Below are positions 22,953-31,799 of a stretch of 64,000 nt of DNA, piece after piece. Where the stretch lies: contig CACOXL010000002.1 of NCBI GenBank assembly GCA_902631135.1, positions 4,990 through 68,989 of the forward strand, read 5' to 3'. Numbering within the stretch: position 1 is the first letter of the stretch; each line of letters opens with the position of its first letter. Below the pieces are notes generated by a model that saw only the letters and a list, made by a program, of their open reading frames with translations, was not told where the DNA came from and did no database searches. The position numbers and the translations under genes are program-made. The DNA is from an uncultured Pelagibacteraceae bacterium. GTDB lineage: Bacteria > Pseudomonadota > Alphaproteobacteria > Pelagibacterales > Pelagibacteraceae.

Positions 22953-22999
22953 CAACTATATGTTGTATGCGCTTAGTATTAATATACTATATAAACAGT
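22953..22999. promoter_or_regulatory. Tandem NrdR boxes upstream of nrdA
   Basis: CAACTATATGTTGTAT (22953-22968) resembles the NrdR consensus; weaker ATACTATATAAACAGT (22984-22999) lies 31 bp away, the typical tandem spacing. Confidence 0.75.
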
Positions 23000-23076
23000 A
23001 AATCAATAGAACATTTATAGAACAGTGGTAAAAAAATTCAACTATAAAATTCAAAAAAAGGTAAGTAATTAACAGC

Positions 23077-24531
23077 ATGAATCAATCGTTAAAAATAGAT
23101 CCTTATGGCTTTAGAGAATATGACGCACGATGGATTTATCAAAAAGATATCAATTCAGAAGGAATCAAAAATCTTGGAAAAGGACTAGGAACACAAATAA
23201 TTAAACATACAAAAAAAAATAATCCAAGAGTAATAGTAGGACACGACTATAGATCATATAGCGAAGAAATTAAAGTTACACTTAAAGCGGGCTTAATATC
23301 AACTGGATGCTATGTTGAAGACATAGGGCTATCCTTATCACCAATGGTTTATTATGCACAATTTAATTTGGATGCAGATGCAGTTGCAATGGTTACAGCA
23401 AGTCATAATGAAAATGGTTGGACAGGAGTTAAAATGGGTATCAAAAAAGGGCTAACTCATGCACCAGATGAAATGAAAGAGTTAAAGGATATAACTTTAA
23501 ATAAAAAATTTACAAATGGTAAAGGAAATGAAAAAGAAATTAAAGATTTTCAAAGAATTTATAAAAAAGATCTTATAGATAAAAATAAGCTTGGCAAAAA
23601 AATTAAGGCAGTTGTAGCTTGTGGTAATGGTACAGCAGGAATTTTTGCTCCAGAAATTTTAAAGGGAATAGGTTGTGAGATAATAGAATTAGATTGTAAT
23701 TTAGATTGGACTTTTCCAAAATATAATCCAAACCCTGAGGATTTAAAAATGTTACATGAAATTTCGAAAGCTGTAAAAGAAAATAATGCAGATATAGGTT
23801 TTGGATTTGATGGTGATGGTGATCGTGTAGGTGTAATTGATGACAAAGGCCATGAAATATTTTCTGATAAAATTGGATTATTAATTGCAAGAAATTTATC
23901 TGAAAAACATAAAAATTCTAAATTTATTGTTGATGTAAAATCAACGGGGCTTTTTTCTAAAGACAAAATACTTAATAAAAATAAATGTGAAACTATTTAT
24001 TGGAAAACTGGACACTCCCATATAAAAAGAAAGGTCAATAATGAAAAAGCTTTAGCAGGTTTTGAAAAAAGTGGTCATTTTTTTTTCAATCAACCACTAG
24101 GATATGGTTACGATGATGGAATTAATTCTGCAATACAAGTTTGTCATCTATTAAAAAATCAAAATAGAAAAATGAGTGAAGTCATAAATGATCTACCAAG
24201 AACTTTTCAGTCACCGACTATGGCTCCTCACTGTAAAGATGAAGAAAAATATGATGTAGTTGAAAAAATTGTTAAAGATATAGAGAAAATTAAAAATGAA
24301 AAAGTAAAAATTGATAATCAGGAAATAAAGGAAATTTTAACAGTGAATGGCATCAGGTTTTCATTTGAAGACGGGTCTTGGGGCCTCATAAGAGCTTCTT
24401 CAAATAAACCTTCATTAGTCATAGTAACTGAAAGTCCAACCTCTGATGAAAGAAAAAAAAAGATATTTGATTTTATTGATGAACTACTTCAAAAAACTGG
24501 TAAAATTGGAGAGTACGATCAAAAAATCTAA
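23077..24531 (+). CDS. Phosphomannomutase/phosphoglucomutase
   Basis: FREYDAR, MVTASHN, FDGDGDR, GFEKSGHFF, RASSN motifs. Confidence 0.95.
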   Translation: MNQSLKIDPYGFREYDARWIYQKDINSEGIKNLGKGLGTQIIKHTKKNNPRVIVGHDYRSYSEEIKVTLKAGLISTGCYVEDIGLSLSPMVYYAQFNLDADAVAMVTASHNENGWTGVKMGIKKGLTHAPDEMKELKDITLNKKFTNGKGNEKEIKDFQRIYKKDLIDKNKLGKKIKAVVACGNGTAGIFAPEILKGIGCEIIELDCNLDWTFPKYNPNPEDLKMLHEISKAVKENNADIGFGFDGDGDRVGVIDDKGHEIFSDKIGLLIARNLSEKHKNSKFIVDVKSTGLFSKDKILNKNKCETIYWKTGHSHIKRKVNNEKALAGFEKSGHFFFNQPLGYGYDDGINSAIQVCHLLKNQNRKMSEVINDLPRTFQSPTMAPHCKDEEKYDVVEKIVKDIEKIKNEKVKIDNQEIKEILTVNGIRFSFEDGSWGLIRASSNKPSLVIVTESPTSDERKKKIFDFIDELLQKTGKIGEYDQKI

Positions 24532-25641
24532 TTAATTTTTATTTGTATCGTTTGGATTATCTTCTAAATCTTTATTCATATCCTCTTCCTGAGGTGTTGA
24601 TGAATTATCGCTATAAAATTTACGTATTAATTCTTCTTCTCTTAATTTCTGTTCTTGATCAAATTTATCTTCCCACTCTTTTATACGTTGGTTTTCTTGT
24701 TTAATTCTTTCTTCTTCTTCAGCTTTTTGTTTTAATGCTATTTCTTTTTCCTCTTCAATTCTTTTTTGTTTTTCCTCTTCTCTTCTAAGTTCTTCCTCTT
24801 TTTCAGCCCTTTCTTTTTCTCTTAAAAGTCTTTCTTTCTCTTCAGCTTTAATTTTCTCCTCTTTTTCTCTTAATTCTTGCTCTTTAGCCCTTTGTTCAGC
24901 TTGTTCTTTTAATAGTTGCCTTTCTATTTCTTGTTGTCTTTCAATTTCTAGATTTCTCACTCTATTTTCTGTTTCTCTTAATTTTTCTTCTTCATATTTT
25001 AATTTTCTGGCAGCTTCCCTTAGTTTTTGTTCCTCATCTAGCCTATTATTTCTCTCAATTTCCTTTAATCTATTTTGTTCGTGTCTTTCTTTTTCTCTTT
25101 CTTCTCTTTTTTTCTGAGCCTCTAACTCTTTAGCTTTTATGGATTCTTCTTTAATTCTAATTTTTTCTTCTCTAGCTCTTTGTCTTTCAAGCATTTTAAG
25201 TCTTAATTCTTCTTCTTTGAGTCTTCTAGCATCTTCTCTAATTTTTCTTTTCTCTTCATCTTTTATTTTTTGTTGTTCTATTTTAATCCTCTTAGCTTCT
25301 ACTTTTCTTCTAATTTCTTCGTTTTTCCTTAACTGTTTTTCATTTTCAATAATTAATTTTTTTTGAGCTAAAATTTGACGTTTTTCCTCTTTGATTTTAT
25401 TAAGTTTATTTTTTTGAGCTTCCTTTTTTTCTCTAATTAATTCTCTTTTTTCCTCTAATTTTCTTTTCTTTTCAGACCTTATTCTTGCTTTTTCTTTTTC
25501 TATTTTATAGCTCTCAAAAAAATTTGATAATTTATTTTTAGTTTCCTTAATTTTTTTTGATGGATCTAAATTAATATTATCTAAATTAATATTAATTTTT
25601 TCTAAAAATTTATTTTTTTTTATTTTTCTTTTACGAGGCAT
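24532..25641 (-). CDS. Hypothetical E/K/R-rich long helical (coiled-coil/SAH) protein
   Basis: 369-aa open frame; central ~300 aa is dominated by E/K/R/Q/A/I/L with no Pro or Gly. Confidence 0.8.
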   Translation of the reverse strand: MPRKRKIKKNKFLEKININLDNINLDPSKKIKETKNKLSNFFESYKIEKEKARIRSEKKRKLEEKRELIREKKEAQKNKLNKIKEEKRQILAQKKLIIENEKQLRKNEEIRRKVEAKRIKIEQQKIKDEEKRKIREDARRLKEEELRLKMLERQRAREEKIRIKEESIKAKELEAQKKREEREKERHEQNRLKEIERNNRLDEEQKLREAARKLKYEEEKLRETENRVRNLEIERQQEIERQLLKEQAEQRAKEQELREKEEKIKAEEKERLLREKERAEKEEELRREEEKQKRIEEEKEIALKQKAEEEERIKQENQRIKEWEDKFDQEQKLREEELIRKFYSDNSSTPQEEDMNKDLEDNPNDTNKN

Positions 25642-25805
25642 TCTTTAAGTTAACAATTTTAATGATACCTAAAAATCATACAAGTGTTTAAATTGAGTTA
25701 AATAATTTAGATAACTATTAGATTTTAAATCAATTCAATTTTTGCGTGTAAATAATTTAAATTTAACGCATCTTAATTTTAGGAGAATCATGTAATAGCA
25801 AATTT

Positions 25806-26072
25806 ATGTTAAAAATATTTAAATTCATTTTTTTGTTATTTTTTTTAACTAATTGCTCATCTCCGAGTACAGCTTTGCTAAGTCCAATTTTAACAGGTGT
25901 AAAAACTGGAAGTTTATATCAAGCGTCTTTATCATACTCCTCAAATAGAATAATTAGTGAAGTTATAAAATTTAAAGACATTAAAAATAAAAGTGAACCG
26001 GTTATTGTTTCATCTTTTGCTGTTGTTCAGGTTAAAATTTCTGAAGTTGAAGAGCCTGAAACAATGCCTTAA
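25806..26072 (+). CDS. Small putative lipoprotein
   Basis: Basic N-terminus, hydrophobic core, LTNC lipobox-like motif; 88 aa. Confidence 0.65.
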   Translation: MLKIFKFIFLLFFLTNCSSPSTALLSPILTGVKTGSLYQASLSYSSNRIISEVIKFKDIKNKSEPVIVSSFAVVQVKISEVEEPETMP

Positions 26073-26126
26073 ATTCAATTATAACGTGATTTAAAAATTT
26101 TAGAGAATCACATATTATTTATTTAT

Positions 26127-26162
26127 GGGTGGTAGAGGGAGACTGAAACCACCCTTTTTTTT
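26127..26162 (+). terminator. GC-rich hairpin with T-run (terminator-like; possible sRNA 3' end)
   Basis: GGGTGGT-N14-ACCACCC followed by T8, between convergent genes. Confidence 0.6.
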
Positions 26163-26946
26163 ATAATCCCGAATACCTATAAACAAATATTGTTCCAACA
26201 ACATACAAAAAGATTCCAAAAAATACTTGAAGCTTAGTTTTATCAATTCTATGTGCTGAATTTGCACCTATTCTTGCCATGAACATGGTTATTGGAATAA
26301 AAATTAAAAATGCAGGAACATTTATAAATCCAATGCTCAAAGGTAAGTCTATATTTAAAATTGAACCTGAATACCAAAAACCTATTGCTCCACATAAAGC
26401 TATGATAAATCCAATTGTTGCAGCACTCCCAATCGCTTTTTTAATTGGATAACCAAAATATTTTAAAATTGGGACATTCATAACTGCTCCACCTATACCC
26501 ATAGGGGCTGAGATAAATCCTGACAATAAGCCAAAAATAATTCTATAGGGTAATGAAAATTTATTTTTACTTATTTTTTGCTGATTAGAATTAATCAATA
26601 AATAAGTACCAAGGCAGAAAACAACAATAGTAAAAAAAATTACTAGAGACTTTGTTTTTGCCATAGCTGCAAAAGTCGTTCCTAATAAAACTCCCATTAT
26701 TACAAATAAGCCATAAGTTTTCACTATATTAGGATCTACTGATTTATGTTTATTATGAGTGTAAACGGATACCATTGATGTTGGAATTATTATTGCAAAA
26801 GATGTTCCTACAGCTAAATGCATTAAATAATTTTTATCTATACTAAGAGCTTCAAATATAAAAAAAAGAAAAGGAACGGTTATTAAACCTCCACCAATGC
26901 CAAACAATCCTGCAAAAAAACCTACAGGGAAAGCAGTAGCGATCAT
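26161..26946 (-). CDS. TauE/SafE family membrane protein
   Basis: GF.AGLFGIGGG, AVGTS and second-repeat GIGGA motifs; about 8 TMs. Frame is open upstream to a CTG at 26994. Confidence 0.9.
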   Translation of the reverse strand: MIATAFPVGFFAGLFGIGGGLITVPFLFFIFEALSIDKNYLMHLAVGTSFAIIIPTSMVSVYTHNKHKSVDPNIVKTYGLFVIMGVLLGTTFAAMAKTKSLVIFFTIVVFCLGTYLLINSNQQKISKNKFSLPYRIIFGLLSGFISAPMGIGGAVMNVPILKYFGYPIKKAIGSAATIGFIIALCGAIGFWYSGSILNIDLPLSIGFINVPAFLIFIPITMFMARIGANSAHRIDKTKLQVFFGIFLYVVGTIFVYRYSGL

Positions 26947-26995
26947 TAATAATATATATAGAGAATATTGATTTGATAAAATTGAAGTAAGCAGA

Positions 26996-27979
26996 TTATC
27001 CTACTCTTCTTTCAACATTATTAAATCTAATATTATCCATGATGTGATTTACTTTTTGAATATCAGCATTACGAACACACATATTTTCACTCAGATATCT
27101 TTTCCAGTAACTAGCACCTGTTTGTCCATGAAATAATCCTAAAGTATGTCTCATTATTTGATTTAATCTTGTACCTTTTTTTAATTCATCTTTAATATAA
27201 GGAATTAACTTTTCTATAACTTCTTGTCTACACGGTACATCTTCATTATTAAAAATTTCTTTTTCTATATCAGCTAATAAATACGGAGTATGATAAGCTG
27301 CTCTACCAATCATTACACCATCTATCTTATTTAAATGATCTTTAACTTCATTAGTTGATGTAATTCCTCCATTAATAATTATTTCTTCATTAGGAAAATC
27401 TTTTTTTAAACTATAAACATAATCATATTTTAGAGGAGGAATATTTAAATTTTGTTTTGGTGTAAATTTACCAAGCATTGCTTTTCTAGCATGAATTATA
27501 AAAGTTTTTATTCCGGTTGATTTTAGTTTGGAAATAAAATTGTAAAAATTTTCATAATCCTCAACATCGTCATAGCCAATTCTAGTTTTTATTGTAACTG
27601 GAAGTTTGGTTATTGACTGCATTTTACTTAGACAATCGGCAACCAAATTTGGCTCTTTCATTAAACAGGCACCAAATTTATTTTTTTCAACTTTTTTACT
27701 AGGACAACCTAAATTAAGGTTAATTTCATCATATCCAAAATCTTCACCGATTTTAGATGCTTCAGCTAAAAGTTTTGGAGAAGATCCCCCTATCTGAAGT
27801 GCAACAGGCTTTTCATTAATATTAAACTCCAATAATTTTTTTTTATCACCCCTATTAATTGCCTCATCAACAATCATTTCAGTATATAGAAGTGTATTTT
27901 TTGAGATTAATCTTAAAAAAAATCGCTCATGACGATCTGTACAATCCATCATGGGTGCAACTGATACTTTCCTATTCAT
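26996..27979 (-). CDS. dusA: tRNA-dihydrouridine synthase A
   Basis: SVAPMMD.TDRH.R, NLNLGCPS, IIHARKA, IPPLKY, GVMIGRAAY motifs. Confidence 0.95.
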   Translation of the reverse strand: MNRKVSVAPMMDCTDRHERFFLRLISKNTLLYTEMIVDEAINRGDKKKLLEFNINEKPVALQIGGSSPKLLAEASKIGEDFGYDEINLNLGCPSKKVEKNKFGACLMKEPNLVADCLSKMQSITKLPVTIKTRIGYDDVEDYENFYNFISKLKSTGIKTFIIHARKAMLGKFTPKQNLNIPPLKYDYVYSLKKDFPNEEIIINGGITSTNEVKDHLNKIDGVMIGRAAYHTPYLLADIEKEIFNNEDVPCRQEVIEKLIPYIKDELKKGTRLNQIMRHTLGLFHGQTGASYWKRYLSENMCVRNADIQKVNHIMDNIRFNNVERRVG

Positions 27980-28000
27980 AATAAGATTTTATAATTTTTT

Positions 28001-28534
28001 TTATGAGTTTGAAGTTTCAGAGTCTTCTGGGGTAACTTCTGGCTCTTTGTTTTCACTTTCAGAAACTTCATCTAATGAAATATCAGTTTGTTCCTCAGTT
28101 GCGTCATTTGCTGAAGTTTCGACGTCTGGTTGACTTGTTTGAGATAACTCTTCTAAATCTTCTTTAGTTACTTGAATTTTTTCAGGATTTTTTCTAGCTC
28201 TTTTTGAAGGTAAAATTGGTACACCACTTTTTGAAATTTCTCCTTTATATAAACTTTCGAAATCATCACCCACATCATCTTCAGTTTCTTCACCTTCATC
28301 TATCTGTTCTACATGTTTTCTTAATTTATAAACTGCACTTTCGGTCAAATCATTAACCTTGATATTTTCTTGAGCGATTTCTCTTAAAGCGATTACGGTA
28401 TTTTTGTCGTTATCTCTATCTAAAGTTGGTTCAGTTCCTGCGTTTAATTGAGTAGCTCTCTCTTTTGCAACTAAAACTAACTCATAAGGACTATCAACTT
28501 TATCAATACAATCTTCTACAGTTACTCTAGCCAT
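28001..28534 (-). CDS. rpoZ: RNA polymerase omega subunit with long acidic C-terminal tail
   Basis: [31 protein letters not shown] motifs. Confidence 0.96.
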   Translation of the reverse strand: MARVTVEDCIDKVDSPYELVLVAKERATQLNAGTEPTLDRDNDKNTVIALREIAQENIKVNDLTESAVYKLRKHVEQIDEGEETEDDVGDDFESLYKGEISKSGVPILPSKRARKNPEKIQVTKEDLEELSQTSQPDVETSANDATEEQTDISLDEVSESENKEPEVTPEDSETSNS

Positions 28535-28540
28535 GCGGAG

Positions 28541-28569
28541 TATCTACACAGTGAGATAAAAAAAATCAA
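28541..28569 (-). promoter_or_regulatory. Probable leaderless promoter of rpoZ
   Basis: Minus strand TTGATT-N17(ending TGTG)-TAGATA, then 6 nt and the ATG; no SD. Confidence 0.5.
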
Positions 28570-28578
28570 GGAGATTTT

Positions 28579-29787
28579 TTAGATATATTGTGGATTAAGC
28601 TTTTTTCTCACAAAAAACAACAAGACCAAAGAGACTAAAATATAGATAAATGACACCATAGCAATCTGCTCAATGGAAAAACCACGATCTATCAAAAAAC
28701 CAAATAAAGCTGTTCCAAAAGCAGTAGAAAAAACCATTAAAGCTGTAGTTAAAGCTTTAATTGATCCAATAAACTTTACACCATATATTTCTGCCCATGT
28801 TGATGAACCCAAAACATTCGCCAGACCATTAGAAATACCAATTAATCCAAGAAAAACAAAAGATGTTAATGGATTATCAAAGTAAAATAAAATCAAAGTA
28901 GAAATTAATAAAGGCATATTCATAAAAATTAAAAGTTTTCTGCTAGTAAATTTATCGATTAAGAATCCAGATCCTAATAAAGTAAAAACAGACAATATTG
29001 AGTAAACCATAAATGATTGAGCGATAACAAAAGAGCCCCATTCTTTAGCTTCAGTTATAAAAGATTGATAAACAAATACTCCGGTTGCAATCCATGGCAT
29101 TGCCAACATATTAAGACAAATAATATAAAACCTGTAATCTTTTAAAACTTCAATTCTTTTCCATTGTTTAATTTCTTTTACTTCAGTGTTACCTTGATCT
29201 AATTCTTCTCTTGTATCAAAGTCTAATTTTTTAATTAAAAAAAATGAAGCTAGTGGTAAAAAAATTAAAGTTAAAATAGATATTGATATCCAAATATTTT
29301 GCCAAACAGTAATCGTAAGTAAATAAACGATTAATATAGGCAAAATAAATTCTGCCGTTGAAAGACCAAACCATCCAGCACTAAGAGCTTTACCCCTAGA
29401 TATTGTAAAGAATCTTGTAATAGTTGTCGTTGCAGTATGAGACATTAATCCTTGTCCAGAAAATCTCATTAAAAATACAGCGATGAACAAAAAAGCTATT
29501 GATGAAATCTTTGAAAAGAAAAAGCAAGAAAAAGACAAAAGTAAGGTTACGTAAAAAGCAAATTTAAAGATATTGATATCATCAATTTTTTTTCCTACCC
29601 AAATTAAAAGAAAACTACTAAGTAATGTTGCTGAAGCATAGATTGAGCCAAATTGTCCATGAGTGATTGAAAGTGTTTCTCTAATACTAGAATTAAACAA
29701 GCCAAGAAAAAAACTCTGTCCAAAACTAGAAAAAAATGTAAAAATAAATCCAAATATAATTACTTTTAAACTTAAACTATTAAACAT
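28579..29787 (-). CDS. MFS transporter
   Basis: About 12 TM segments; GKKIDD and GFLIDKF motif-A-like loops. Confidence 0.9.
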   Translation of the reverse strand: MFNSLSLKVIIFGFIFTFFSSFGQSFFLGLFNSSIRETLSITHGQFGSIYASATLLSSFLLIWVGKKIDDINIFKFAFYVTLLLSFSCFFFSKISSIAFLFIAVFLMRFSGQGLMSHTATTTITRFFTISRGKALSAGWFGLSTAEFILPILIVYLLTITVWQNIWISISILTLIFLPLASFFLIKKLDFDTREELDQGNTEVKEIKQWKRIEVLKDYRFYIICLNMLAMPWIATGVFVYQSFITEAKEWGSFVIAQSFMVYSILSVFTLLGSGFLIDKFTSRKLLIFMNMPLLISTLILFYFDNPLTSFVFLGLIGISNGLANVLGSSTWAEIYGVKFIGSIKALTTALMVFSTAFGTALFGFLIDRGFSIEQIAMVSFIYILVSLVLLFFVRKKLNPQYI

Positions 29788-29795
29788 AAAAAATT

Positions 29796-30665
29796 ATGAG
29801 TTGTAATGTTGCTTTCATAGGTCTTGGTGTCATGGGTTATCCAATGGCTGGTTATATATCAAAAGGTGGTCACAATGTAACTGTTTTTAATCGTACAAAA
29901 TCAAAAGCAGAAAAATGGATTAAAGAATACAAAGGTAAAATAGCAAAAACTCCTGCTGAGGCTGCACAAGATGCAGAGTATGTCTTTACATGTGTTGGAA
30001 ACGATAATGATTTAAGAGAAGTTACTTTTGGTGACAATGGTGCATTTAAAACAATAAAAAAAGGTGCAATCTATATTGATAACACCACAGCGTCAGCAAC
30101 AATTGCTAGAGAAATTTATGAACACGCAAAGAAAAATGGATTTGGTGCATTAGATGCTCCAGTGTCTGGTGGACAAGCCGGTGCAGAAAATGGTGCCTTA
30201 ACAGTAATGATTGGTGGAGATCAATCAGACTTTGACAAAGCAAAAGATAAAATTGATTGCTACAGCAAAAAGATGAAATTACTTGGTAAAGCTGGTTGTG
30301 GACAATTAGCTAAGATGGTTAATCAAATTTGTATAGCAGGATTAGTTCAAGGATTATCTGAGGGAATTAACTTTGGAATGAAAGCTGGATTAAATATGGA
30401 AGATGTTATTGAAGTAATTTCAAAAGGTGCTGCACAATCTTGGCAAATGGAAAACAGATATAAAACAATGATTAATGATAAATTTGATTTTGGTTTTGCA
30501 GTTGATTGGATGAGAAAAGATTTAAAGATTGCAATGGACGAAGCAAAAAATAATGGCTCATTGTTACCTGTTACAGAACTTGTAGATAAATTTTATGGAG
30601 AAGTTCAAGGTTTGGGTGGAAATCGTTGGGATACCTCAAGTTTAATTAAAAGATTTAGAAAGTAA
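29796..30665 (+). CDS. NAD(P)-dependent beta-hydroxyacid dehydrogenase (3-hydroxyisobutyrate/tartronate semialdehyde reductase family)
   Basis: FIGLGVMG.PMA, LDAPVSGG, G.GQ.AKMVNQ motifs. Confidence 0.9.
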   Translation: MSCNVAFIGLGVMGYPMAGYISKGGHNVTVFNRTKSKAEKWIKEYKGKIAKTPAEAAQDAEYVFTCVGNDNDLREVTFGDNGAFKTIKKGAIYIDNTTASATIAREIYEHAKKNGFGALDAPVSGGQAGAENGALTVMIGGDQSDFDKAKDKIDCYSKKMKLLGKAGCGQLAKMVNQICIAGLVQGLSEGINFGMKAGLNMEDVIEVISKGAAQSWQMENRYKTMINDKFDFGFAVDWMRKDLKIAMDEAKNNGSLLPVTELVDKFYGEVQGLGGNRWDTSSLIKRFRK

Positions 30666-30668
30666 TGT

Positions 30669-31268
30669 ATGCAGCCAGCATACTATGAAAATTTAGAAGA
30701 AATTCAGAATAAGTACTGGTCTATGTTAGATGATGCTGTGACCAACAGAAGTTCACCGTTTAGAATTCCTGTTTTCATATGTGCTCATCAGAATGAAGTA
30801 GATGGTAGAATTGTTGTTTTACGTAAATCAGATAGAGCAAATAATCTATTACAGTTTCATACTGATTTAAGATCTCCGAAGGTAGATATTTTAGAAAAAA
30901 GTAAAAATGCCTCTCTAGTTTTCTACGATAAAGAAGAAAAGATACAACTAAGAGTAAAAGTAGAATGTGAGGTAAATAATCAAAATTCAACAACAGAAGA
31001 GTCTTGGAAAAAAACTCAGCACATAAGTAGACGATGTTATTTAACTGACAGCCCCCCTGGAACTACCTCAGAAAAACCAACCTCTGGAATGATATCTAAA
31101 TTAGAAGATTTTGATTATACGATGGAGCAAAGTGAAGGAGGATATAAAAATTTTACAGTTATAAAATGTAAAATTAAATCTATCGAATGGCTTTATCTTG
31201 CAGCTAAAGGTCATCGAAGAGCAAAGTTTGATATAGAAGCAAATAAAAATGTTTGGTTGGTTCCTTAA
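30669..31268 (+). CDS. Pyridoxamine 5'-phosphate oxidase-like FMN-binding protein
   Basis: R.VVLR, FHTD.RSPK, QLR, EWLYL...GH.RA, WLVP motifs. Confidence 0.85.
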   Translation: MQPAYYENLEEIQNKYWSMLDDAVTNRSSPFRIPVFICAHQNEVDGRIVVLRKSDRANNLLQFHTDLRSPKVDILEKSKNASLVFYDKEEKIQLRVKVECEVNNQNSTTEESWKKTQHISRRCYLTDSPPGTTSEKPTSGMISKLEDFDYTMEQSEGGYKNFTVIKCKIKSIEWLYLAAKGHRRAKFDIEANKNVWLVP

Positions 31269-31349
31269 AATAAAAGACCTACAATTAAGACAATTTATAA
31301 GTCTAAATATCGCATCGATAGAAAAATTTTTTAATGATAATTTGCAGAT

Positions 31350-31466
31350 GTGAAAAATAAAGTTAAAAAGTATTTATTAATAGGTAGTTTTTCTTTTTTT
31401 TTAATAAAAGGAATAATTTGGTTATTAATTATTGCGGGTGCTTTTTTCGGAATAGGTAAAATATAG
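31350..31466 (+). CDS. Unannotated 38-aa membrane microprotein
   Basis: GTG...TAG frame MKNKVKKYLLIGSFSFFLIKGIIWLLIIAGAFFGIGKI; its stop overlaps the AGGAGG SD of the next gene. Confidence 0.6.
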   Translation: MKNKVKKYLLIGSFSFFLIKGIIWLLIIAGAFFGIGKI

Positions 31467-31474
31467 GAGGAAAA

Positions 31475-31777
31475 ATGTTTATCGCAATGAATAGATTTAA
31501 GATTGTAAAAGGAAAAGAGACTGAGTTTGAAAATGTCTGGAAAAATAGAGAAACTCATTTAGATAAGGTACCAGGATTTAAAAATTTCAATTTAGTAAAA
31601 AGTGAAACAAAAGATGATCACACTTTATATGCTTCACATAGTATTTGGGAAACTAAAGATGACTTTTGGAACTGGACGAAATCAGAAGCTTTCAGACTTG
31701 CGCATAAAGATGCAGGAAAGCACAGTGATCTATATATTGGCCACCCAAATTTTGAGGGCTTTGAGAAAGTATTATAA
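31475..31777 (+). CDS. ABM-family monooxygenase, IsdG/HmuQ-like heme-degrading type
   Basis: MFIAMNRF, FE..W..R...L..VPGF, W.....F..WT.SEAFR.AH motifs; strong AGGAGG SD. Confidence 0.85.
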   Translation: MFIAMNRFKIVKGKETEFENVWKNRETHLDKVPGFKNFNLVKSETKDDHTLYASHSIWETKDDFWNWTKSEAFRLAHKDAGKHSDLYIGHPNFEGFEKVL

Positions 31778-31799
31778 AATGCTTGGTTAGTTTCTAAAT

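Noticed and set aside
24600-25500. CRISPR or tandem-repeat array in the pyrimidine-rich stretch
   Set aside because: The periodicity comes from E/K/R codons of the minus-strand ORF; there are no identical repeats with spacers and no cas genes.
25642-25805. CtrA boxes in the long divergent spacer
   Set aside because: The TTAA pairs I checked are spaced 5-6 nt apart rather than the required 7.
31275-31348. Irr/Fur-like box upstream of the heme-monooxygenase-like gene
   Set aside because: Only partial matches (AATTAAGACAATTTATAAGTC; TAATGATAAT), not distinguishable from chance in such AT-rich DNA.
31331-31558. 75-aa minus-strand ORF
   Set aside because: It overlaps the ABM gene and the better-supported plus-strand microprotein in antisense.
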